This document shows positions 27,621 to 40,410 of a stretch of 64,000 nt of DNA, piece after piece. Location of the stretch: the NCBI RefSeq assembly GCF_009914755.1, contig NC_060947.1. One strand, written 5' to 3'. Both the position numbers and the translations under genes were made by a program. The notes under the pieces are model-generated. The model did no database searches and was not told the origin of the DNA. It saw only the letters and a list, made by a program, of their open reading frames with translations. Origin of the DNA: the human T2T-CHM13v2.0 reference genome, Homo sapiens. How positions within the stretch are numbered: the stretch's first letter is position 1; every line of letters begins with the position of its first letter.

Positions 27621-29590
27621 GGAGACCTTCTCACCTTGGATATGTAGCTAGGTTCTGGGAGAGAAGTCCTCATGAAGAGGGGATTTCCAAGGTCCTACTC
27701 TGGGCCACCATAGACAAGTGGACAGGAAGGAGGGTTGCAAGATAAGGGTTGCTCAGAGCCCAAAGTCAGAAAGACTTGCTAAATTTGAGATTTTCTGGAA
27801 AGAGGCAGGAGAGCAAAGAAACTTTTAGCAGTGGAAAGGGAATTTTTTTCCTTATAGGTACTTATTAAGTTTAAACATTTTAAAAGTAACTTTATTGAGA
27901 TATAATTTAGATAGAATAAAGTTCACTGATTCTAAGCATACAGGTTAACGAGTCTTGAGAAACATAGACCCCTGTGTTAAACATCGCCTCTCTCAAGATA
28001 TACAGAACATTTTCATCACCCTAAAGTGTTCCCTTGAGACTTTCGCAGTCAATTCTGGCTAGGTATTATGTAGAATGTCCCTCAGTTTGGGTTTGTCTGA
28101 TGGTTTCTCATTATTAGACTAGGGTTATGTGTTTTTTGCAAGAATACCACAGAAGCGATAAGCCCTTCTTATCATATTATATCGGGAGATACATGATATC
28201 ATTGTGTCTTTCCTGGTGATATTGGCCTTGACCATCTAATTAAGATGTAACTAACAGATTTCTCCATTGGAAAGTTACTACTTTTCCCTTTGCAATTAAT
28301 AAGTATCTTGAGAGAGACACTGAAACTATCCCATAAATATTTGATTTAGCACTATATAAGACCTATATGTTGAATTAGAGAGTGGTGTTTTGTTGAATTT
28401 AGTTTTACCAGTCAAGAGCATGGTCTATTTTTACTATTCACCTGTTTTTATTTTTCTCATTCATGTTTTATAGTTTGTTCTTTAATAAACATGGATCTGG
28501 ATTAATGGGAAGACAATGTGATAGAAAGGAAAGAGCATAGTATTTGACACGAGGCAAACCTGGATTTGAATCCCAACTTTCCCACTCACTGGTTAGATGA
28601 CCTTGCAAAAGGCCTGACTCGCTAATTTCTCATCCATAAAAAGTGGCTGGGAAGAAACCATCTCACAAGGTTTTTGAAAGCATTAAAGCACTGAGTAGTA
28701 TCTGGCACTCAGTAAGTGCTGTGTAAATGTCATTTCTTGCCTCCTTTAATACCCAAGTGTTTAATATTGTTGTCACAATTGTGAGTAGACTCCTCTTTCT
28801 GGCAGGGTGGCCTTAGGATATAGGAATTCAACAGATTCTTTTAGATTTATTTTATGTTCTGACACCACAGAGGCTTTGGCTCGGGAGAAGCAGTGAACTT
28901 TTTACATGTCTCTGAGTCACTGGGGAGACTGTTTTAATTGACAGCAAATTATTGCAGCTCACCAGTATCTCCTATCCTAGTACCTTTGCAAAACTCCTTC
29001 ATTACCTTTGGTATTTGGGGATTTGATTTTCACTGATGTACAAATATACTATTTGCAAAAGCGGCATTTTTTTCCCTCTTTCCTATATTTCTACTTTTTG
29101 TTTATTTTTCTTCTTTCATTATTAGAATTGTTTTAAGGTAGAACTTTAACACGGGTAATCTTGTGCAGTTCCTGTTTTTACCCAGAATAAATCTCATATG
29201 AGTTTTTATTTATTTATTTTTTATTTTTGGGGGGGTGGGGGGGAAAGGGTGTACTCTTATCATATTAAACAAGAGAGAAAACACTGCAACACCCACCCTC
29301 ACCCACCCCATCTCTGATTTCTGATGTCTTAAGACTTAAGCAAAACTTTGCTTTCCTTGTTTGGTCTTTTTCCTTGTTCCAAATTTTATTTCCCCTTTTC
29401 TAAACTTTTAATTTGTTATTTGACATGAGGCAAACGTGGATTTGAGTTTACACTGGATTTTAGTTTAAACCTGGATTTTATTTTACTTTCTTTAGGCAGG
29501 ATGTCACTGTTTCTTTTTTTATTCTGATATAGGCTTTAAGGGCAACACATTCTCTAAATGCTGCCTTGGCAATCTCCCAGAAAGTGTTAC

Positions 29591-30205
29591 TGTTGTCAGA
29601 AAAAGGGGTCCTGATCCAGACCCCAAGAGAGGGTTCTTGGATCTAATGCAGGAAGGAATTCAAGGCAAGTTGTAGAGTGCAGGGAGAAGAGACAGTTTAT
29701 TGAACACTGCTACTCAGTTACAGAGTAGGGCGTCCTCAGCTGCTACTCAGTTACAGAGTAGGGCATCCTCAGCTGCTACTCAGTTACAGAGTAGGGCGTC
29801 CTCAGAAAGCAAGAGGAGGAACGACTTGTCTTTAAGTTTTCTTATATAGTGGTCTTATTTTCTATGTAAAACTAAGTTATGTCTACATGCTGGTGGGCTG
29901 ACAGCATGACAATTTATTATTTTGCTGATGTAAAGAAAACTATTCTTGGCATTTTAGCTTGTAAGCACATCAAAGCATGACTATAATCAACTTAAAAGCA
30001 TATATTGTTATGCGATATTGGGACATCTGAACATTCTGCTGTCGTGGGCATTTATCCTTACAGGTATTATTAAGCTGTTTCCTCAGCCATAAACATCTTA
30101 TGACCATGGGCCGTGACTGGCAAGGAATGTGCCTTATTAGTTTTAACATGGAATTGATTTTAAAATGGTGTCACCTGGCTCTCCTAGGCTCCTGTTTCTC
30201 TAACA
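29591..30205 (-). mobile_element. ERV1-class solo LTR (family not resolved)
   Basis: TG...CA ends, 4-bp TSD TTAC (29587-29590 and 30206-30209), motif gatccagaccccaagagagggttcttggat. Confidence 0.85.
29707..29805. repeat. 3 x 33-bp tandem repeat inside the LTR
   Basis: ctgctactcagttacagagtagggcgtcctcag at 29707, 29740 (one CpG transition) and 29773. Confidence 0.95.
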
Positions 30206-32424
30206 TTACTCCCATGAAATCAGTCTTACAAATTAATTTTTCCTTTTGCCTCAGGCTCCATTATGGCTTGGCATGGCACTGTTACTGATCGTGTGTATAA
30301 AAATTTTTGATATTTTGTTCATCACGGTTTTTTGGCATTAATTTATTAAAATATTATTTGATTATGGAGTTTTTGATCCCTGAGGCAAGTACCTCTCTCA
30401 CCTCATTCCAGTCTAGTTCTGGCCTTGTAATAACCTCCCAGACAAGTTTTGCTTATAATTTTCTTTTGAAATGGAAGCCTGATATCAGAGAGACTGAAAC
30501 TGTTATTAAGCCAATTGTACCGCCTGCCAGGAGAGAATCATGCTGTCCTTTTCTGCTCCTTTCGCCTCTTTCTTACTATATGCCAGACTCTCAGCTCAGC
30601 AGAAGTCCTTGTCCATTTCCAGCTGCTGGCATTGAGCACGGCCACATTGCTATTGGGATGCCTGGGGTTACTTCTTCATTTAGAGAGGTCAAAGGCCAGG
30701 GTCTTATTCTCCGGAAATAAACCCCAAGGGCTATTGAGCTCCTCCAGACCCTTGACAGGGCCCTTGTGGCCCAAAGCATTCCTTTCTCTGCTGGAATCTG
30801 TCAGTTAGCTCTGGCAAAAATCAAGTTTCCTCGCTCTGAACTTACTCCATCCACACAAGTTTCCCTTAGAAATTATGGAAAAGAAACTTGTTCGTATAAT
30901 TCTCAAATGTCAGAACTGGAAAGGCCCTGAGAGACCATCTTGCCCCAACCCCTTTCATTTAACAGAACATGTAACTTCCTTTGCTCTATTTCCACGTTTC
31001 AAGGAATCCCCAAGGCTGCCTCATAATAAAAATCAGGAACAAGGTAAGAGCCAAGTTAATCAAGGAAGTAAACTGCTATGGGACCCAGCTGTGCTCAGGG
31101 AGGACTGAATCATTAGAAATGTAGCCCTGGCCTCGAGATTTGTTTATTAAGGATTTTCTTCAAGGGCAAAGAGAAGGATCTGTGATGGCTCAACTCCAAA
31201 GATTTTAATGGGGTGGGGTGAGACTCAAAAAGATTCCATGAGCTTTCAGCCGGGCTGGAGAGTTGTAAAGATCCTGCTTTGAAGAAGCCTGCCTTTACTT
31301 CTTCTATCTGACTGGGTCTGGCATCGTGGAGAAGTTGGCAAAGTTTGCCTGTGTGCTTAACTTCTCCCAAAATGTGTCTCTCTGGGTCCCATACTCAGAG
31401 GATATGCTTTCAGTTCTGAAATGTATCAAGAGGGCACTCCTGTGTTAGGACTGGCATTGAAAGTCACATATCATTCACATATCTACATTTGCAACAAAAT
31501 CCACCCTGTGCAAAACACCATCACATCTATTCCTCTAGTTTAACCTGTAAACAATGTAAGGTAATTTTTAGCTACATTTTACAGATGAACAGGCTCAGTC
31601 TGCAGGATTGCCTAAGGCCATGTGACTAGTAAGAGGCAAAGCTTTGACTGTTGAGTCCAGAAGGACACCCCATCCTGTGCTTGTTCTACTAAGCCGCAAC
31701 GCCTCAAGGGTGCCAAAGTGTGCCATGAGAGCACACAGTAAACTAGCTAACAAGGGCCGCAGGGTTGAAACCACTGTCTTGATCTGATTTGCAGTGAATG
31801 CTAGCACTGTGATTGACTTACAGGACACATAGAACAAATCTGGGAACTTACTGTTATTCCCAGAGAAGACACTGGGACATTGGGCCCCAAAGGAATTTAC
31901 CCATCTTGGAGGTTTATGTTCTTGGAAAATTTTTCCTTCAGACTGGAAGAAGACAAGGATATCTCATCAACTGAAGGAAATTCCTTATAAGGAAGCTTTA
32001 TTCACACACAGGAGAGGATCAGATCCCACTGTAGTTCTGGGTAGTATTTAGCTATGTGCAGTGAACACTTTTGAGGGATGTGTGTGTAGCAAGGCAGGGT
32101 AATGGGTATACGCTTTCTTCAACTAAACCAAGAAAGCTGTATCCTTGGGATTAGAAAGGGGATTATCAAGTTAGTTGTGCAGTTCAGGGAGAAATAGGAA
32201 GGCCACAGGTGGGAAAACTCTAAATAGACTGTGAACTGAGATTATTTGGACAAACCAGATTACTTAGGGACCTTGACATGGATTATATCCCTGTGTCCTC
32301 GGTGCTCAGAAAATAATCCAGGGTGAGATCTGAATACAACTCCAACACTGTATCACCATTCCTGGAAAATGAGCCAATTCCCTTCTCTTGTCTTGGAAAT
32401 AGCTGATCAAAAAACAATGACACA

Positions 32425-32451
32425 TTTATTATTATTTTTTTTTATTTTATT
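32425..32451 (-). terminator. AKAP4: AKAP4 polyadenylation signals (three AATAAA)
   Basis: tttatt on + at 32425, 32441 and 32446, about 160-190 nt after the stop, followed on the minus strand by a GU/U-rich element (tgtgtcattgtttttt). Confidence 0.8.
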
Positions 32452-32611
32452 TCCCAGTTTGTTGACACCTCTTACATTCACAGGCAACTGCTCAAGTGTA
32501 TTGGGAAATACAGTTGTGTATTGTGCAGTTGACTGGCCTGATGGTGGGGGTGCTCTGGCTGGGATGGAATGCTGCTAGGGGGGCTAAGATGAAGAGGAGT
32601 CAAGGATCAGC

Positions 32612-32767
32612 TCACAGGTTAGCGAGCAGCCAGTCCAGCAACTGTTTCCTGGCCACCTTTCCCACAGCTTCATCTGGTTGCCGTTCCTTGGCAAACTTCA
32701 TGACCTCTTGAAGAAGACCTCCTACACTGTACCCCTTCTCTGCTGCTTTAGCTGAAACCTGAGGAAG
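32612..32767 (-). CDS. AKAP4: AKAP4 coding exon 6 ([17 protein letters not shown]...LLDWLLANL, stop)
   Basis: CAG acceptor at 32769-32768, 51 codons plus TGA at 32614-32612. The six exons total 9+32+17+34+711+51 = 854 aa. Confidence 0.97.
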   Translation of the reverse strand, partial: LPQVSAKAAEKGYSVGGLLQEVMKFAKERQPDEAVGKVARKQLLDWLLANL

Positions 32768-33268
32768 CTGTGGGGAAAACAGAGCTAGTGTGAGTTGCGT
32801 GATGCTTTTTGGAGGAAAGACCTGCTGGACGAAGTTCTACCACCCAACCCCCTCAACCCCTAACCTCCTCACCCACACCCACCACCTTCCCGCCCATGAT
32901 TCTAGGATTAGGGTACAGCATGTCATAGATCTAGGACTAGAGGCTGCTGACACATCTTTCCTTTTCCCTTGAAACTTCTCTAATGACATAGATCAAAATG
33001 CCAAAGATACTTTCTTTTTTGAGCTTCAAAAACACACTCTGAAATTAGTTGTGTTCATTAAATACTTTTCACCAGATGCTGGACCCTTCAGTTAGTCTGT
33101 GCTGATTGCTAGGTCAAGGTTTGGGGTTGCCATTCCCCCACCTCCCTAAAAAAGTATGAGACTTGGAGTAGGGAGGATTGTCTGAGCTTGGCTCCTGGAC
33201 TGAAAATAACTTTGTTAAGTATTTGATGTTTCTGGAATCCATCTAATGCAGGAAACTCAGCTGTCAGA

Positions 33269-33271
<3 letters not shown>

Positions 33272-33353
<82 letters not shown>

Positions 33354-33356
33354 GAA
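33272..33356. repeat. Compound (GT)n(GA)n microsatellite in AKAP4 intron 5
   Basis: Directly visible. Confidence 0.95.
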
Positions 33357-33961
33357 TGTGCATCTATATGAATGTATGAATGCTGGCCTCCATGGAATCT
33401 GAGGAGCAGGGCCAGGACTAGGGTCAGGCAAGTGAGGCACCTAGGGCATAAAATTTAAGGAGACAGGACTCTCAGGGCACTTGCAGGACCCATGAGTTTG
33501 GGGGAGGAGCATAGGGAAAATAGTAAGAGACAAGTTTCAAACTGTTTCTGGTAGGTCAAACACAAAATTAGTCCATGATACTTCCAACACCTCAAGAGGT
33601 AGGGAAGAACTCCATTTTCCTTTTTTGTTCCCTCCTCTCTAGAGTACTTTGGGGGATCTTAAAACTCAAAACATAAGACTTAATCATTCCCCAATGTTTT
33701 ATCAAATAGTTTGTCAAAAGGGTCACGGATGAAATGCGTTAATCTCACTCTCCTCCTCTTGGTGGAAATGCACAGGCTTTGAGGTGTCCACTTAGCTAGT
33801 GGTTCACCGTTTTTGTGTCTTTTTATGAGGTGAAAGTAATTCATGAAGCACACGGTAAAGAATAGACTTGAAACTCGAATGATCTTGGGCTCTAAGTACA
33901 ATGCTGCCTCCCTGCCTCTGCCCATTCCAACTTTCTTCTTGTGCCTTAATGCATTACTTAC

Positions 33962-36094
33962 CTTTTCCAGTTGTCCATCCTTATCTCCCATGAAGTAGAG
34001 CATGGGCACGTTAAACTGGGAGGCTGCAATCCACTGCAGGACAGCCTGGAGCTGCTTCTGCAAGCTATTTGTAGAGCACTGATTATTGACAATTACTTCA
34101 TGTCCAAGAGAGTCTTGATAGTTCTGTGGCATTGCACCACTGTGAATGCATCTGGTGCCCCTGAAATTGGGCTTATTTGCCGAGGCTGCTTGTTCTTCCA
34201 ACTCAGCAAGGGCTGCCCCATCGTTGCTATACTTAGCCATGATAAGGCAGAGCTTCATCACAGATTCTACTAGTTTATCTATAAATTGCCCGTTCGCTTG
34301 CTTCATCCCACTGGTACAGTCAAGTTCTTGATGCTCCTGGCATTGTTCTTCCGCTTTGTCAGATCTGTTGGACATGGAAGCTGCTTTGCTTGCCCTGGGC
34401 TCAGAACACTTGTTCTCACCTTCGCATGGATCCTCACATTTGAAGGGGTTCTCATTAAGCAGTTTCTGAATCAGCATTAGAACGATGTTTGACATATCCA
34501 TTTTCTGGGAGTCCAGGTGTTGGTTCTCCTTTTGACAGGTGGATGGTCCAGGGGCTCTGTGAGATTCTAGTTGTTTCACTGAAAGTGCTTTGGCACTTTG
34601 GCCACCTCCACACTTTTCATATTGAGTACTCTGAGCCATATAGCCCATGGTGGAACCAGGACAGTCTTCTTCACATGTATCTTTGCCCTTAGTCTGCTGG
34701 GTCAGATGGTACTGGATCAGCTTAAGGGCAGAGACAATCAGGTCCTTGGCCAGTGAATCTGTGGAAGCATTGATCTTTTCTCCTTTCTCATCTTTATTGC
34801 TGCATGCTTTGGTAGCCACCTTGCATGAGTTTCCTTGCTTTTGGTTCCAGATGGTTAGGCCCTCTTTGAGAATGTGTTCACCGACTTTCTCAGCACTAGT
34901 CAGTGACTTGCATGGGTCTGATTTCATTTTGCCTTTGTCCCTCTCTTTCATTTCAGCTTTCATGGTGGAGAATTCAAGACTCTGATTCCTGCATTTGGGA
35001 TCATGGGACCCAGCTTTTAAAGATGCATATGACAGACTCTGAGACTTAGTCTCCTTCTCCTCACCTATAAGGGCACTGACCAAGCGCTTCAGCATGGCCT
35101 CCATGATGTCTGTAGCATTTTGTTTCCACTGGTTGAACAGATTTCTCTTGACAGCTGAGACAAAGTCTGAGTCAGTCATCAGGACCCCAGTAATATTATG
35201 CAGGTTCTTCATGCAAGAATCAATCAAATCGGACACAATCTCCTTGGTGTGCCTTAGCAACACCCTCTTCAGGACCACAGATGCTGGAATTGGCTTCCCA
35301 GAGCTGTGCACTTTCAAGGTCTTCATGAGAGAGACCATCATGTCAGATGCCACCTGATTTGCATAAACCATGAGCCCCTTGCTGATGGAATCTGCAAATT
35401 CTTTGCTCTCTCTCTGGGACATCTGTTTGTCTCCACTTTTGCTCTTGTTGGATAATTCGCTATATAGAAAGCTTTTCTGGCCACCTTCCCTGGACTCCTC
35501 TCCAGTGCCACGCATTTCTGCAGCTGTCAGTTCCACAGCTTCATAGGCCATTTCAGAAGCAATCTTGCTCGCAGGAGTTCGGGGACTGATTCTCTCTTTG
35601 TTCCCAGGGGATGGACAGATTGAATGATGAAGGCATTTGCTTTTACCTTCCAACTTCTCCTTGATTTCCTTATGGGCCATCTGGATTACCAGAGAAGATA
35701 GTCGGTTGACGTAGAAGGAAAGGTCATCTATAGAACATTCTCCATCAGGGGAAATGACTGCTCTCTGAGTGCTAGGAGGTTTGGCTGGAGGAGCTGAAGG
35801 ACTTTGATTATTGTTGGTGTTTTTAGCTGCTGTCATTTCTAGACGTAGGTTTTGAGGTCTGTTCATCAAATAATCTATGTTCACTTGATCGGCATAGACA
35901 CTGTAGCAGTTCTCAGAGGATGCTCTGTGATATTCGCCCTCTGTGTCTCCTACTTTATGTTTACAGGTAGAGGTTGAGGGGCTCAGTGCATGTTGGAAAC
36001 CCAAGGCATACTTCTGGAGATCACTGAGAAGCCAGTTGAGGACACTTACAGGATCAGAGGGAGCTTGTTTGAAAAGGCATACAGATCCCTCTGT
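33962..36094 (-). CDS. AKAP4: AKAP4 coding exon 5 (711 codons, TEGSVCLFKQ...DKDGQLEK); includes pro-domain cleavage region and PKA-R binding helices
   Basis: Covers most of the 774-aa ORF in the track; acceptor ttctttttttag at 36096-36095, donor AAG|GTAAGT at 33961. Contains FYVNRLSSLVIQMA (35675-35716), MVYANQVASDMM, and NNN|QSP (Q189 codon 35804-35806, the recalled start of the mature protein). Confidence 0.98.
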
Positions 36095-36274
36095 CTAAAA
36101 AAAGAAGAAGACCTATCCATAAGAGTTTGGGTAGGCTACTTTTTTCCCTTATTTTATTTAGAAGATGTATCAGATTAGGGATTTGACCTTTTGGAGTTTG
36201 TATGGGAACGTAACATCCAGTTATATCCATTAGTACACATTCAAGCAGAAGTGGCAGCAACAAAAGTTCAAAGT

Positions 36275-37540
36275 ATATACATGTGTATACTTTATAGAAG
36301 GGTTATCAATATATGTCTGCCAACTCATATGAATATGTTGTATCTCAATGTGTCAAAAATGTGTCAGTGTGTCTGTTGTGTGTGTATATATGCATGGAAA
36401 TATAGCAGTTCACATGTGTGAACATCTCAAAGACGTGAGAATGTGCCATTCTGTATTGTTAGTGTGTGAAAATGTGCTTCTGTGTGTGTGTGCATATGTG
36501 TGACTATGTCTAAGCATGTGTAATAATGTGTTGACATCATTACCTATTGTATATGTCTACTGTATAGGCTGACATGTGCATGTTAGTATGCATATTTGTA
36601 CATGTGTGAATGTCAAAATATGAGTGTCTATGTCAGTGTGTCTCTGAATATGTAAATGAGCAAGTGTCAATTTCAGTAATCTGCATATATGTGTGTAATA
36701 TAAATTCACTAGTATGTATCATGCAGCTATAAATGCATTTATGTATGTTAAAGCATAAATTCACATATTAACATACACATTCATTAATATAATAGATACA
36801 ATTTTAATATATTAATGTATATGTATGTTAAAACATGAATATGTGTAAACAGGTGATTGTATAATGACTATGTATGTTCATAAATTGGGTATAAATTTAT
36901 GTTATATTTATATGTTATGTCAATATTTGACCATGTGTATGTCAATGTTGTACATACCCTGGTATTTGAGTATGTGTGTGAGTAGGTGTGTTATTGCATT
37001 TGTGTCAACAGTGTATGTATCAATACGAACAAACAAGTGTGTTAGTAAATATGTGTCGCTTAGTGTAAGTTTGTGTGTATGTCAGCATGACTGTATATGA
37101 CCATATATGTCTTTGCATACATATGTATATTTATAAGTGTGTATACCAATAACTGAGTCTGTATGGTCACTATGTTTTGATCAAGTCTTATGCATGTAAT
37201 GTGTGTGAATGTATGTTCATGCATTGTGTAATATGGGTGTTTATGTGTGTCCTGTGTGGGCATGTCACTGCATCTGACTCTGTATGACTTTGTATATCTT
37301 TGTATATGTGTGTCATTGTTTATGATCAGTTTAAGTTTGCTACATCAATGCTTGTGTATGTCAATATCAAATGTAGCCAAGCATGTATTTATAATTGCTT
37401 GTATAAATTGTTTTTTGTAAATGTATATAAATGTATACATTGATGTGTGTATCATTTTGTATAAATTTATATGTGTATACCTATGCCTGTGACTGTGTAT
37501 GCCCATGTCCAGATATGTGTATATGTACTATATACACATA
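36275..37540. repeat. Degenerate TG/TA-rich low-complexity tract in AKAP4 intron 4
   Basis: About 1.25 kb dominated by tgtg/tatg/atgt words without a fixed unit. Confidence 0.8.
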
Positions 37541-38548
37541 TTCCACCCAACACTAACTACCAAGCCCTCTGCTCCTTCTATTGCTTCATCTCCTCTCTTT
37601 TCACTGAATTTCTGGAAATGTGAGGTCATGATAAAGTCAACTTTTTGCAAATGAGCTTAAGTTACAATCAAGCAGATCTGCATTGTATGTAGGAAACATG
37701 GGCTGCTTTTTCAAAAATTAATGCCAGGTATAATTTATCCCTTTCTTAAGACTCCAAAATTGAGTTGGCCATACCCAAGTAAACTGAAAACTCTTTGGAT
37801 ACTGTAATGTAAACTTGTTTTTCCTTCCTTGGGGGCCACTCCTTTCTGGAGTCTGGGGTCAGAAATAATGTTTTGGTTATAATATGAGCCTGGAGACACA
37901 GAACAAGAAACATTTGATTCCTCTGCATTAAAGTCAAATATCCTGCCCTATTACCAGCCACTCCAGGCTTGTAGGTATGAGAGGGTGACTTGTTGTATGC
38001 TCCAGTGCCCTCCCAAAACCAGGACCCTAACAGATATAATTTTGGATACTTAAACAAAACCAAAAGGAGTTTGTATGTCACAGTGGCATGCAAGTTTAAT
38101 TGCTTCTAACTTTAAGCTACTCAACAGCCTAGGTAATCTCTTAGACAACAGGGTAAGGATGAGGCACTCAAATTCTTGGTGGTTATGGATTGTCTCTGCT
38201 CCATACCCCTCTTTCTTCCCTGCTGGATGCTGGGCAATGTGGGGCACACAAGTCCATTACCAGCCAGCGAAGAACATTACAAATAGTCTTGTGTGATTAT
38301 GATTGGATGGGTAGCTGGAAATCAGGAGAGGGCATTCTGAGCCTCTGTGATTAGTGCCATTATTAAGTACCTGGGTGTTGAACTTACTGTGGTCTTGAAC
38401 TTACGCCTGTGTTCTCTAGAATGTCATAGTATTCAAATTGATGAGCCTGTTTGACAGTAAGTGTCTTACCATGTCTGATCCAGAGTCCTCAGACTCATCA
38501 TTGAGCTCTGAGAATTAGAAGTGGTGGGATCTCAGAGGTTAAGTGTAC

Positions 38549-38650
38549 CTTAGACTGGTCTTTCTTCTCAGTGTCCTTGATCACGATAATCTCTTTTTCT
38601 TCCAGACTTCCCAGGTTTAAGTTGCCTTCTGAGCTGGAACTAGCAGCATC
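38549..38650 (-). CDS. AKAP4: AKAP4 coding exon 4 (DAASSSSEGNLNLGSLEEKEIIVIKDTEKKDQSK)
   Basis: 102 nt; TAG acceptor and GTACAC donor; in frame. Confidence 0.95.
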
Positions 38651-39201
38651 CTATGGAATTAAAGGGTGAGATTCTTAAACAGTTACTTTTGGATATTTCT
38701 CCAAGCTGCCCCCCTAGGCTATGACTTCAAATCATGAATGTTATGACTTCTTTTATCTTTTTTCTTTCTGCAGGAGAGGTAGGCTTGTGAGGCTAGCTAA
38801 TCTTTGAAGAATGAGACGAAGTTCCCTCCACAAATTACTACTCCCCACTCTGAAGATGCTCACAAAGCCACCAGTCTCAAGAACTATATTCATCACCCTT
38901 TGGATGGGTTTTTTTTTTTAAATAAAAAAATAAAAAACAACTTTTCTGACATGCTATCTTCCATGTTTTATCTCTTTCAGTCCTACCAGCAACTTAAGTG
39001 GCTTCTAAAATGAGACTTGATATCAAGAGTGACGGTAAATTCAGAACCAGGGATCTTGGGCTCATGAGAATGCTGGCTTTCCCCCTGAGTCCCCTCCTCC
39101 TTTCCCCTCTCTCCCCCCAACATTTTCCATTCTTCATACTTCACTGATAACCCTTCTCAGCAGCTTCCCACCGATTCTGACTCTGAGCAGAGAATACGCA
39201 C

Positions 39202-39252
39202 CTTGTAATCTTTATCTTCTACATTCAGGGTGGACACATCGACAAAGCATAT
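39202..39252 (-). CDS. AKAP4: AKAP4 coding exon 3 (ICFVDVSTLNVEDKDYK)
   Basis: 51 nt; AG acceptor at 39254-39253 and GTGCGT donor; in frame with neighbouring exons. Confidence 0.95.
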
Positions 39253-40314
39253 CTGCATCAAATTAGAAGGGTGAATTTAGAAAAACTCTAGAGAAAGGGG
39301 CATAATTTCTCTTTCTTGGAGATGATAATAGCACCTACCTCAGAGGGTTCTTGTGAGGATTAACTGAGATACTATATGGAAAGCATGTAAAAGCAGATTG
39401 CCTGGCACATAGTGAGTACCCAATAAATGTTAATACTGTGATTATTGTTAGGCAGACAGAATCTTAGCATTAGCACATTTCTTAAATGAGAATACCAACC
39501 TCCTGTCAGAGTGAGGCCTGAGGTACAATATCCACATGTATTAATTGAGAAAACTGTGAAGAGAAATGGCTTGCCCAACTGACACAAACTTAAATGTGGA
39601 GCTTGTATTAGAACTCAATTTTCCTGGCTTCCAGTTTAGAGCACTTGCTACTACACTAGTGTTTCTCAAAATTTATTTTATTATCAATAATATAGAATAT
39701 TTTAAGTAGTGTATGGATAAATATTTCTGCATTTAATAGGTGAATTTTATTGTGCATTAGGGAGAATACATACTAGAACATCAAACCTGGGATATTATGG
39801 ATAATATTTCTTAGCATGATTGTAATTTTTAAAATGTAAGTCAATTTTTAAAACATTGTAAAAATACATATTAATTAAATAATAGTATGCGTGACATTTG
39901 AACATGATTGAAGACTGTGAAGCCCTGTGAATTACTTGAAGTTTGGGAAACAGACCATGAAGCATTTTGCCCTCCTGAGGGGTCCTAGGGTAACATTGTT
40001 AGCTAGGCAATATTATTATGACTTAAGAGGTCTTAACTAATAGAGGCTGGTTGCCAGGCAACCACCACTCCTCCCTCAGGCTCCTCCCCAGCCTCCCCTC
40101 CCCAGGTCCTTTACATCACACCACACCCTGCCCCTCCCTTGATTTTTATCTCTGTGTGATGTATGAGCATGCTGGCCCCTGACAGACCTTGTTGAGCTTG
40201 GTTGCTTGGAGAAGTCAGGGTATCATCGTCCATTAGTTTATCTTGGGCCCCAGGATATCTATACCCATATGCCAATTTTTCCTACTCCTCGGCATGAGTC
40301 ATTTTTTATCTTAC

Positions 40315-40410
40315 CACTTTCCGGTCCTGATCTTGCTGTCCTTCTGGGTTGTAGAGATCTACCTTGCACACACCCCTGTGGCTGCGTAACCAGTCAATAT
40401 CATCAGACAT
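40315..40410 (-). CDS. AKAP4: AKAP4 coding exon 2 (MSDDIDWLRSHRGVCKVDLYNPEGQQDQDRKV)
   Basis: 96 nt; polypyrimidine tract plus CAG acceptor (42-side, 40412-40411) and GTAAGA donor; translation matches AKAP4 aa 10-41. Confidence 0.96.

Noticed and set aside
33971-35357. Plus-strand ORFs antisense to AKAP4 exon 5
   Set aside because: Short shadow frames of a coding exon with no independent support.
33680-36004. 774-aa single-exon gene
   Set aside because: It is AKAP4 exon 5 called from an internal TTG plus intron read-through; real boundaries are 33962-36094.
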